From the IMG/VR virus record IMGVR_UViG_3300014697_000001, positions 32,001 through 96,000 of that record: DNA of 64,000 nt. One strand, written 5' to 3'. The stretch is from a virus (Duplodnaviria > Caudoviricetes). The notes under the pieces were generated by a model, which was not told the origin of the DNA, searched no databases, and saw only the letters and a list, made by a program, of their open reading frames with translations. This document shows, piece after piece, positions 56,031-64,000 of the stretch. The translations under genes and the position numbers were made by a program. Numbering within the stretch: the stretch's first letter is position 1; the number at the start of each line of letters is the position of its first letter.

Positions 56031-58148
56031 TCACCACTTACCGTAGGTTCCTTCCTTGATCCCGTCAAAGAGGTTGGCCGCTACGTGCTCTTCGCCCTGG
56101 TAGATGACTTTCTCACTACCGGGCAATTCGATGGTCTCACCGTTTTCCAGCTCGAAGACGTAGACGGTGTTGTCCAGGTCTTCCTTACGTACCAGGACGC
56201 CCTGGAAGGCTTCTGGGTTGAAACGGAAGGTAGTGCAGCCCTTCAGACCTTGCTCGTATGCATCCATGTACAGATTCTGGAAGCGGTCGAACGGGAAGTC
56301 CGTCGGGACGTTCACGGTCTTGGAGATCGACGAATCGATCCAGCGCTGAGCGGCAGCTTGAACCAGCACGTGCTGCTCGGGACTGATGGTGTCAGCCGTA
56401 GCGAAGCAAGCAGGCAGGTCACCTTCTTTGGCTTCTGGGTTGATGAAGTGACGGTAGGCCGCCAATTCAAAGGACACCACCTCAACCTGTTCCTTGGTCT
56501 TCTTGCCTGGAACAATCACGTTGCGCATGTAGCTGTGAGAGAACGACGGCTCGATGCCGTTGGAGGCATTGTTACCCAGCGACAACGAGATAGTGCCGGT
56601 CGGTGCAATGGAGCTGTGGTGTGTGAAGCGTGCGCCCACTTCAGCCAGTTCAGCTACCAGCTCAGGCTCGACCTGTGCAATCTTGTTCATGTAGTGACTA
56701 TACTTGGCATGCAGGATACGACCTGGAACTTCATCACCAACCTTGTAGCCGTCTTCAACCAGCTGAGGACGCTGGCGCAGGTGACGGGCTGTCAGGGCGA
56801 AGACTTCATCCATGATCGGGGCAGGGCCCTTCTCTTTAGCCAGTGCCAGTGCATCACGCCAGCCTTGAACGGCCAGTTCCATGGTCACCTTCTCAGTGAA
56901 CTCCACGGAGGCTTCATCGCCGTAGACCATACCCAACATGGTCATGGTGGAACCCAGGCCCAGATAGCCCATGCCATGGCGACGCTTGCGGGTGATTTCC
57001 TTACGCTGATTTTCCAGCGGCAGGCCATTCAGCTCGACGACGTTGTCCAGCATACGGGTGAACACCGACACCACTTCACGGTAACGATCCCAGTCGAAGC
57101 GTGCTTCAGGGGTAAAGGGATTGATGACGAACTTGGTCAGGTTGATCGAACCCAGCAGGCAAGCGCCTTCCGGAGGCAGTGGCTGCTCACCGCAAGGGTT
57201 GGTAGCCTGGATGACTTCACACCACCAGTTGTTGTTCATCCGGTTGACGGCGTCAATCAAGATGAAGCCCGGCTCAGCGAAGTCGTAGGTGGACTTCATG
57301 ATGAGGTCCCACAGGCGCTTGGCACGCACGCGGCTGTAGATCTCACAGGCAACCAGACCTTGGTCATTGACGGTGTACTCGTCCTCGATGACGGGCCAGT
57401 CACGCCAGATCAGGTCTTCGGCCCGCACATCGTTAATGGCGAGCTTGTTGGTGACCGGGAAGTACAGATCCCATTCGGCATCGGCTTTCACTGCTTCGAT
57501 GAATTCATCAGTGATCAGCAGGCTCAGGTTGAACTGACGCAGACGACCATCTTCACGCTTGGCAGTGATGAAGGATTCGACATCCGGGTGAGACACGTCG
57601 AACGTACCCATCTGCGCACCACGACGGCCGCCTGCAGATGCTACGGTAAAGCACATCTTGTCGAAGATGTCCATGAAGGCCAGCGGGCCGTTAGTGCCAG
57701 CACCGGCACCGTGGACGTAGGCACCCTTCGGACGAATGGTCGAGAAGGCGTAGCCAATACCGCAACCGGCTTTCAGGGTAATGCCTGCATCGGAGACAGC
57801 GGCGAGGATGTTGCGCATCGAGTCGCGGACGGTCTGCGACACAGTGCAGTTGATCAGCGACACTGCAGGCTTGTGGAAACCAGCACCGGCGTTGGAGGTT
57901 ACGCGGCCTGCTGGGATGGCGCCGTTGTGCAGTGCCCAGAGGAAACGCTTTTCCCAATGCTCGGGGTCTTTCTCGACGGAGGACAGGGCTTTGGCCACGC
58001 GGAACCAGGTAGAGTCGATGTTGGCATCTACCGGATCGCCGTGACGGTCGCGAAGACGGTATTTCGATTCCCAAATGTCCAGAGAGGGAGCCTGAAGCGG
58101 GACATCCGTAGTCATGTTCTCGGTACATTTGGCAGCGACAGCAGTCAT
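56031..58148 (-). CDS. nrdJa: adenosylcobalamin-dependent ribonucleotide reductase
   Basis: SLINC, GGRRGAQM, TNPCGEQ, IAPTGT, DSSISKT and GLKGCTTFR. Confidence 0.95.
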   Translation of the reverse strand: MTAVAAKCTENMTTDVPLQAPSLDIWESKYRLRDRHGDPVDANIDSTWFRVAKALSSVEKDPEHWEKRFLWALHNGAIPAGRVTSNAGAGFHKPAVSLINCTVSQTVRDSMRNILAAVSDAGITLKAGCGIGYAFSTIRPKGAYVHGAGAGTNGPLAFMDIFDKMCFTVASAGGRRGAQMGTFDVSHPDVESFITAKREDGRLRQFNLSLLITDEFIEAVKADAEWDLYFPVTNKLAINDVRAEDLIWRDWPVIEDEYTVNDQGLVACEIYSRVRAKRLWDLIMKSTYDFAEPGFILIDAVNRMNNNWWCEVIQATNPCGEQPLPPEGACLLGSINLTKFVINPFTPEARFDWDRYREVVSVFTRMLDNVVELNGLPLENQRKEITRKRRHGMGYLGLGSTMTMLGMVYGDEASVEFTEKVTMELAVQGWRDALALAKEKGPAPIMDEVFALTARHLRQRPQLVEDGYKVGDEVPGRILHAKYSHYMNKIAQVEPELVAELAEVGARFTHHSSIAPTGTISLSLGNNASNGIEPSFSHSYMRNVIVPGKKTKEQVEVVSFELAAYRHFINPEAKEGDLPACFATADTISPEQHVLVQAAAQRWIDSSISKTVNVPTDFPFDRFQNLYMDAYEQGLKGCTTFRFNPEAFQGVLVRKEDLDNTVYVFELENGETIELPGSEKVIYQGEEHVAANLFDGIKEGTYGKW

Positions 58149-58284
58149 GTGTTGGCTCTCTTTTACTGGATTGATCATGGGGTTAAATGGCTATCGAAAA
58201 GGTTGAGTTTTCGTCGCCTGCACATAATTAGACCGCCCTCTAGTTCTTAAAAATAGAACCCCTAAATAGACTCGAGGGAAGTTA

Positions 58285-58325
58285 CCATTCGACCATTTAA
58301 TGACCCTACATTACCACCGTGTAGA
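58285..58325 (+). promoter_or_regulatory. putative early/middle promoter
   Basis: CCATTC-N16-TACATTACCACCGTG. Confidence 0.6.
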
Positions 58326-58357
58326 CAGTCGTTAAAATAAAAGACTGCGACTTAACT

Positions 58358-58900
58358 ATGACTGTACAAGGGGACGTTATGGAAGGTTTTACTGTTCACA
58401 AGGTCTGCGATCACCTTGTGGTGAGTCTGTATCCATTACCGGGGTTCAAGACGTTGGGTACCTGTGTGGCTCGCGATAAGCAAGGTAAGACATCGAGCAT
58501 GATTCGGGTGTTCTACGCAGGCGATTTCTTCATCCGCCGCTTTGACAACGTCGAGCTCGAAGTGGTCCGCAAAGCTGTACTTAAACTGGCCCAGAACTTT
58601 GCGGTCAAGACTAAACAAGGCGTGGCCACGACCCGCTTGAATCTTTCCACTGCCCTCAGAAAGTGCGTCGAAGTCAATATTGTAAAGGATCTCAATCATG
58701 CCGTCACTGTTTCGCTTCTTCCGTCAGTATCCAACGAAGCACCAAGCTGCAACCAAACTCTTCAACGAAATGAAACAGATTTCGGTGAAGACAGCAGTGG
58801 TGACCATGCCAACGGCCGTCTATCGCAATCGCCGCGAGTTGAGTGCGGTGCAGGTGGAGGTGACAAACCTCCAGTTGAAGTTCGATACCGCCAGGCTTAA
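58358..58900 (+). CDS. hypothetical protein
   Basis: First ORF after the promoter; 3' part overlaps the next gene by about 200 nt. Confidence 0.6.
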   Translation: MTVQGDVMEGFTVHKVCDHLVVSLYPLPGFKTLGTCVARDKQGKTSSMIRVFYAGDFFIRRFDNVELEVVRKAVLKLAQNFAVKTKQGVATTRLNLSTALRKCVEVNIVKDLNHAVTVSLLPSVSNEAPSCNQTLQRNETDFGEDSSGDHANGRLSQSPRVECGAGGGDKPPVEVRYRQA

Positions 58901-59048
58901 ATACGATGCACTGGTCAAGACCATGGGCCCTCTTGAAAATCTACTGAACCGCAAATCCCTGGCTGTCCAGAAACGGGAACTGGATGCCCACGGTCGCAAT
59001 GTGGCCCATGCCCTCTTCTACCTCAACCATAACCACAGGAACATCTGA
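58698..59048 (+). CDS. hypothetical coiled-coil protein
   Basis: AAGGA SD; abuts dcd. Confidence 0.7.
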   Translation: MPSLFRFFRQYPTKHQAATKLFNEMKQISVKTAVVTMPTAVYRNRRELSAVQVEVTNLQLKFDTARLKYDALVKTMGPLENLLNRKSLAVQKRELDAHGRNVAHALFYLNHNHRNI

Positions 59049-59050
59049 GC

Positions 59051-59878
59051 ATGTCTATCAAGTCTGACAATTGGATCATTCATCAGTGCACCCGCCCTAC
59101 GCACCGGGTGTATGACTGCGATGGTCTCCCAGGCCGCCTGATTGCCCCACCGTACAGCGAAGAGGAGAAAGCCCTGATCGCCAACTGGTGCGATGAGAAC
59201 AAGCGCGACATCTTCGGCAATAAGGCTTATGCCAAACCCCTGTCGGATGATGATTGGCTGGATTGGAAGCCCATGATCGACAAGTTTCATGACCGCCCTG
59301 TGCGGTATGTCGATAAGGCCACCAACATGCCTTATCAGGGCGTCTTCATTGATGGCGAACCGTTGGATGAGGGCGTCCGTAAAGTGATTTCGTTCGGCAC
59401 CTCGTCCTATGGTTACGACGTTAGCCTGACGAGTGACCCCGACCAGATCAAGGTCTTCACCAACGTCTTCGAGCCTGAAATAGATCCCAAGCGCATGAAG
59501 GAGACCAACTTCGCAGCACCGTACATCCGGGTTGACGAAGACGGTGCCAAGTATGTGCTGATCCCGGCCCACAGTTACATCCAAGCTCCGACGGCCGAGT
59601 ACTTCAATATCCCGCGTGACGTATTGGTCATCGTGTTGGGTAAGAGTACCTATGCACGATCTGCGCTGATCTGCAACGTCACCCCCATTGAACCAGAGTT
59701 CGAAGGTGAAGTGGTCATCGAGGTCGCGAACGTGACCAATAGCCCGGTTCGCTGTTACCTTGGCGAAGGCATCGCACAGTTCTGTTTCTTCCAGGGTGAT
59801 GAAGCATGCCTGCGGTCGTACAAGGACAAGGCCGGCAAGTATCAAGGTCAACGTGGCTTGACCCTGGCACGGGTCTGA
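59051..59878 (+). CDS. dcd: dCTP deaminase
   Basis: ISFGTSSYGYD, GKSTYAR, NVTPIEPEFEG, EGIAQ and KYQGQRG. Confidence 0.95.
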   Translation: MSIKSDNWIIHQCTRPTHRVYDCDGLPGRLIAPPYSEEEKALIANWCDENKRDIFGNKAYAKPLSDDDWLDWKPMIDKFHDRPVRYVDKATNMPYQGVFIDGEPLDEGVRKVISFGTSSYGYDVSLTSDPDQIKVFTNVFEPEIDPKRMKETNFAAPYIRVDEDGAKYVLIPAHSYIQAPTAEYFNIPRDVLVIVLGKSTYARSALICNVTPIEPEFEGEVVIEVANVTNSPVRCYLGEGIAQFCFFQGDEACLRSYKDKAGKYQGQRGLTLARV

Positions 59879-59965
59879 TTGGATTCACCTCCATTGTCAT
59901 ATCGGCAATGGTTAACCCGCCCACAAGGGCACAACCCATGCTACCGATGTAGCAGGAGGCTTCCC

Positions 59966-60361
59966 ATGGAAGATGTAAAAACCGCACCAACCGTCGTCGA
60001 CGGAATGACCGAGCGTCAAATCAAAGCACTGTACTGTCTGAACATTCTTCAGTTGATGGCTGTTCAGCGTCAGACAGTCCACTACGAGACCCTGGCCATC
60101 ATGTTGGGCCTCCCGACTCGTGGGAATGCCATGGCCAATGCTGTCTCTCTGGTGTTGCGTGATGTCTTTTCATTCTGCATCCGCGCGGGCTTGCCGCCAT
60201 TGACCGTGCTGGTAGTTCGTAAGCGTGGGACTGACAAGGGTATTCCAGGACCGGGTTTCTGGAAGCTGTACTTCCCAGATACTGTTCCGGACCTTGAAAC
60301 GCGTGTCTCCGTTACCGAACGCGAAACCGCTCGCTGTTTCGAGTTGTTCAGTCACCTGTAA
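59966..60361 (+). CDS. hypothetical protein
   Basis: AGGAGG SD; LPPLTVLVV...PGPGF motif. Confidence 0.75.
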   Translation: MEDVKTAPTVVDGMTERQIKALYCLNILQLMAVQRQTVHYETLAIMLGLPTRGNAMANAVSLVLRDVFSFCIRAGLPPLTVLVVRKRGTDKGIPGPGFWKLYFPDTVPDLETRVSVTERETARCFELFSHL

Positions 60362-60424
60362 CCCCTAAGTCAACCATACAGGCGGGGCTACCCCGCCTGT
60401 ATGCCCCTTGTCAGAGAGATAATC

Positions 60425-61387
60425 ATGCCTAAGACGATTGTTCTGTACCACAAGAGCTGTAATGACGGTATTGCTGCTGCTTGGGCGGTGCACCAGAAAC
60501 TGAAAGACGTACCCGGCGAAGAAGTGAGTTACCTGCCTTACCAGTACGGCGATGAGCTGCCTGCAGAAGTCTGGGGGAACCATGTCATCATGGTGGATCT
60601 CAGTCTGCCCCGTGCCATGTTTGAGGCGATCTGTGTTGAGGTGGCCTCCATTCTCATCATCGATCATCACAAGACTGCCAAGGCCCTTGAGTCGATTATC
60701 CGCTCAGTGACTGGATATTCCGATTACATGGATCTGCGGCGTCAAGGCAAAAACACCTTCCTCTACCTGAACCAGCATTATAGCGGTGCTGTTCTTGCCT
60801 GGTCTTTCTTTAACGACATCCCCAATCTCAGTGAAGAGACCCCGCTGCCTGAAGCCTTGTCCCTGATCCAGGATTACGATCTCTGGAAACACAAACTGAT
60901 CCACACCCGGTCTTTCAATGCCTGGCTGTCGGCAGGGTGCTTGTCCATCGAGCGGTTCGATAGCGCGCTGAATGAAGACGGCACTGTCAAACCTGAAATC
61001 CTGGAGACAGGTCGGACGCTGGTGGAATACGACCATCGGATTGCATTGGGTATTGCCCGTGCCTACACCCGCCCTGTGGTCTGGAACGGCATCGAGGTGG
61101 CCACGGTCAACGCCCCTGCTCACTTGCGTAATGAAGTGGCAGACCTGTTGATGAAGGACTACTCTGTGGTGGTCTGCTACACCGTACGCAAAGACAAGAT
61201 CATCTACAGCCTGCGGTCAAATGAGGATGTCGATGTGAGTTCAATTGCCGAACAGTTCGGAGGTGGCGGTCATGCCAGTGCCGCAGCGTTCTCAGTGATC
61301 TCTGAAAACGGTGAACTTCGCGCCCTTCAATGGCTACATCCTAAACCCACTCTTCTCCAGCGCATCAAGCGCCTATTCGGGTTTTAA
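60425..61387 (+). CDS. DHH/DHHA1 phosphoesterase (NrnB-like)
   Basis: YHKSCNDG, MVD, IDHH, DYDLW, SLRS and GGGHASAA. Confidence 0.9.
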   Translation: MPKTIVLYHKSCNDGIAAAWAVHQKLKDVPGEEVSYLPYQYGDELPAEVWGNHVIMVDLSLPRAMFEAICVEVASILIIDHHKTAKALESIIRSVTGYSDYMDLRRQGKNTFLYLNQHYSGAVLAWSFFNDIPNLSEETPLPEALSLIQDYDLWKHKLIHTRSFNAWLSAGCLSIERFDSALNEDGTVKPEILETGRTLVEYDHRIALGIARAYTRPVVWNGIEVATVNAPAHLRNEVADLLMKDYSVVVCYTVRKDKIIYSLRSNEDVDVSSIAEQFGGGGHASAAAFSVISENGELRALQWLHPKPTLLQRIKRLFGF

Positions 61388-61412
61388 CTCAACACTTCTG
61401 AGGTACACAACC

Positions 61413-62216
61413 ATGACTATTCAACGCACCTTCTGGCTTACTGTAGCGCTGCTACTGGTCTCTCTGATTGTCCTGCCGGCCCATGCCTTCAACCCACCCA
61501 CCCAAAGCAACATGAGCAACCTGCCGCTTTACTACCCCTGCTCTGTCAAGACGGCCAGTCACCATAAGCAAGGGGAAGGGTTCGTTTCCTGTGCCTGGAT
61601 CGGTGAATCGACCGTGGAGTTGTTCGATGAAAGTACAGGGCGGCACTACAACACCTTCAATCAGATCCTCTTCACGTGTTCGGGCCGTGGGCAATGCGTA
61701 GGTACAGGGGTCAACCAAGGCTACCCTGTAGGGGCTTATCCGGTCGGTAACCGGGGTGTCATCAATATCTGGTATTACCTAGATCAATCCACCGAAGGTC
61801 AGCCAATGGCTTATCGACTGGACCAGGGTCCTAATGCTGGACGGGGTCAGGTGGCTTACGTGGATGCTGCCAATTACATCCTTGAATACTACCAGACTTA
61901 TGGTGCCAGTGAAGATCTGATCAAGAACCGGATGGATCATCTCTACATTGGCGGTTTGGATGGTTATCTCTCTGACAGCCAGGTGCCTGACCTTGCACAG
62001 AAAGTCTCGATGGATGAAATCAATGAAGCCTGGTGCAACCCCAGGGCAGATGACGACTGCTCAATCAATGGTCGGGCGGTAAAGATAGCTGACCTGCCCA
62101 AATACCTGCCATTGGTCGATGAGACCCGTGTCGAGAATGAAGGTGGGATGTGCGAATACCCCATCTGCTACGACGGTAACGATAAACCCGTTGGTCTGCG
62201 TGCCAGCATGTACTGA
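61413..62216 (+). CDS. secreted Cys-rich protein
   Basis: Signal peptide ending PAHA/F; 8 Cys. Confidence 0.75.
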   Translation: MTIQRTFWLTVALLLVSLIVLPAHAFNPPTQSNMSNLPLYYPCSVKTASHHKQGEGFVSCAWIGESTVELFDESTGRHYNTFNQILFTCSGRGQCVGTGVNQGYPVGAYPVGNRGVINIWYYLDQSTEGQPMAYRLDQGPNAGRGQVAYVDAANYILEYYQTYGASEDLIKNRMDHLYIGGLDGYLSDSQVPDLAQKVSMDEINEAWCNPRADDDCSINGRAVKIADLPKYLPLVDETRVENEGGMCEYPICYDGNDKPVGLRASMY

Positions 62217-62226
62217 GGAGAGACTC

Positions 62227-62610
62227 ATGAAAGAAGCATCTGTACGTCTAGGGGAATCTGCCTTGAACCTGTCTCCTGAGGCTGTCGAGAAACTTCATCG
62301 GTCAGCAGTTGCGGGTGGCCTACCGGTTGAGTTCGGTACGCCATCACTCTTTGGTCACCAGACGATCCAGCAGCGCGCCGACCGTCACGCCTCGGTGAAC
62401 GAGAAGAACGTCTGTGCAAAGATTGTCAGTGTTCACTATGACGAGTCCACTGGCCAACTGCGGGGTGTCATTCAACCTCATGGTCCCAAGAGCAAGTTGA
62501 TCAAGCAACTGATCGAGCGGGATCAAGCCGATCGGATGGTCCTTGGGATCAGGACACATATCAGCTCCAAGGCCTCTGAGATCATCGGGTTTGACCTGGT
62601 GCGGTTCTAG
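62227..62610 (+). CDS. hypothetical protein
   Basis: GAGGAG SD. Confidence 0.75.
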   Translation: MKEASVRLGESALNLSPEAVEKLHRSAVAGGLPVEFGTPSLFGHQTIQQRADRHASVNEKNVCAKIVSVHYDESTGQLRGVIQPHGPKSKLIKQLIERDQADRMVLGIRTHISSKASEIIGFDLVRF

Positions 62611-62677
62611 GGGCTGTAGCCGAGTCCTCACGGATTATTGTAAATCTAAAGACGAGAAGAAGACCAACTGGTGACCA

Positions 62678-62714
62678 CGACACAGGTGATGGGACATCCC
62701 ATCACCTGTGTCGT
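62678..62714 (+). terminator. long palindromic hairpin
   Basis: CGACACAGGTGATGGGA-CA-TCCCATCACCTGTGTCG. Confidence 0.7.
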
Positions 62715-62768
62715 ATTCTGTGACAGTAGCTGGAATTGTTATTTTTTTCTTTGGTCAAGAGTCGACAC

Positions 62769-63698
62769 ATGAACGGACTAATATTAAGCGCGGCAGCGTA
62801 TCGCAGATTGTCGAGAGGGTATTCGCGAGTCCTTGAGACGGTAGCGCCCTTCGAAGCCCGATCTCGGGTGGCCTCAGCAGTTATAGAGTCTAAAATTTAC
62901 TACTTTGGAGGGTGGGTTGATAGTGGCGATAACTACTCCGATGCTTTTTTCAGTTACGATGTAACTACAAAACAATTTGAATCACTGCCAAATCCATACG
63001 GAAAGCGAGCATTCTCGACATTAGTAGCCCATAATGGATTACTGTACATGTACGGCGGGCGTAACGCGACAGCTCGGTTCTCAAATGTTAGTCGATTCAA
63101 TCCTGTCACCAAAACATGGACAGAGCGAACATCCTTCCCGACTGCGCAGCGATTGATGGGTTCGGCCGCCACTGTGCTCAAAGATAAAATATATATCACA
63201 GGAGGCGCCTCAGATACCGGCCATTTCGACGGCCTGATGATCCACGATATACCGAAAAATACTAGCACTGTATATTCACTCGGTTCGAAAGGGCGCCGAT
63301 ACGGTAAGGCGGTCACTCTGGACAATAACGTATATTCTATCGGCGGGATCAATTCCGATATAGCAACTATATTTCCCGATGTCGATATTTATAGTGAGGC
63401 GCCCCAGAGGCAGGCAGGTGTGCCGTTACCTGCAGGTATGGAAAGATTTGGGGCGGCAGTTGTCGGTAATGAAATCGTCATTTACGGAGGGATTCGCTCA
63501 GAAAGCGGGTCGGCATACAGAACAGCAGATACCCAAATCTATTCACCTGCCACAAACACATGGAAAGTACTACCTAGCTCAGATACACCCATTGAACAAG
63601 TGACACTAGATGTTGTCAATGGAGAACTATATGCCTCGTTTGGCTGGATGTTAGACGAAGGGCGTCAAAATAAGATTTGGAAACTGGTTAGACAATAA
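62769..63698 (+). CDS. Kelch-repeat beta-propeller protein, probably virion-associated
   Basis: Six Kelch-like blades (IYYFGG, LYMYGG, IYITGG, VYSIGG, IVIYGG, LYASFG). Confidence 0.85.
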   Translation: MNGLILSAAAYRRLSRGYSRVLETVAPFEARSRVASAVIESKIYYFGGWVDSGDNYSDAFFSYDVTTKQFESLPNPYGKRAFSTLVAHNGLLYMYGGRNATARFSNVSRFNPVTKTWTERTSFPTAQRLMGSAATVLKDKIYITGGASDTGHFDGLMIHDIPKNTSTVYSLGSKGRRYGKAVTLDNNVYSIGGINSDIATIFPDVDIYSEAPQRQAGVPLPAGMERFGAAVVGNEIVIYGGIRSESGSAYRTADTQIYSPATNTWKVLPSSDTPIEQVTLDVVNGELYASFGWMLDEGRQNKIWKLVRQ

Positions 63699-63728
63699 CC
63701 CATTGTATCGATTTATTAGAGAATAACC

Positions 63729-64000
63729 ATGATCCGCATGACTCCCCCAATGGGTATTTCTGGTGCCTTCCTGTTTCGTGCGCCTTTCGTTGCAGATACG
63801 GACAAAAGTTATACCGTCATCGCCATTCGTCAATTCAACGAACTCATCGCCCGTGGGCAAGAGCCGTTGAAGCTGATCTATGCTCCAGTCGGGCTGACCG
63901 AGACCGCCTACAAGGATGACCTCTCACTGAATGCCCTGGTCATCTGTCTGCGTGATAAAGATGGATCATTGATCTATGTGCCTGACACCTACATCGAACG
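63729..64000 (+). CDS. putative virion structural protein (partial)
   Basis: MIRMTPPMGISGAFLFRAPF... is open to the window end. Confidence 0.6.
   Translation, partial: MIRMTPPMGISGAFLFRAPFVADTDKSYTVIAIRQFNELIARGQEPLKLIYAPVGLTETAYKDDLSLNALVICLRDKDGSLIYVPDTYIE

Noticed and set aside
55980-58250. 756-aa + strand ORF
   Set aside because: Antisense shadow of nrdJa caused by codon bias; no SD or recognisable motifs

Overview
This 64-kb window is best read as part of a lytic phiKZ-like jumbo phage genome (Chimalliviridae-type). The assignment is inferred from gene content and motifs, not from a database search. The host is probably a Pseudomonas-like gammaproteobacterium. The window holds nucleotide-metabolism and replication genes: thymidylate synthase, DHFR, dCTP deaminase, split class II RNR nrdJa/nrdJb, NAD-dependent ligase, Nudix and DHH hydrolases, and an SF2 helicase with a class 3 LAGLIDADG intein. 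It also holds a large modular tail-fibre/baseplate region (4.2-26.3 kb and 50.5-54.9 kb), spanins, an SspB homologue, a histone-H1-like/RHH protein, an acidic head protein and several early operons. No tRNA, rRNA, CRISPR array or integrase was recognised. The most striking unexplained signals are non-coding. (1) A ~180-nt structured transcript unit at 26.4 kb carries an 18-nt complement of the 16S rRNA 3' end. (2) Two further hairpin-rich candidate ncRNAs lie at 36.1-36.9 kb and 49.6-50.0 kb. (3) A bipartite promoter with fixed spacing often drives tiny unannotated membrane proteins whose Shine-Dalgarno sequences sit in covarying hairpins. (4) The fibre genes look like a plug-in system, with shared N-terminal docking peptides, swappable heads and deletion scars.
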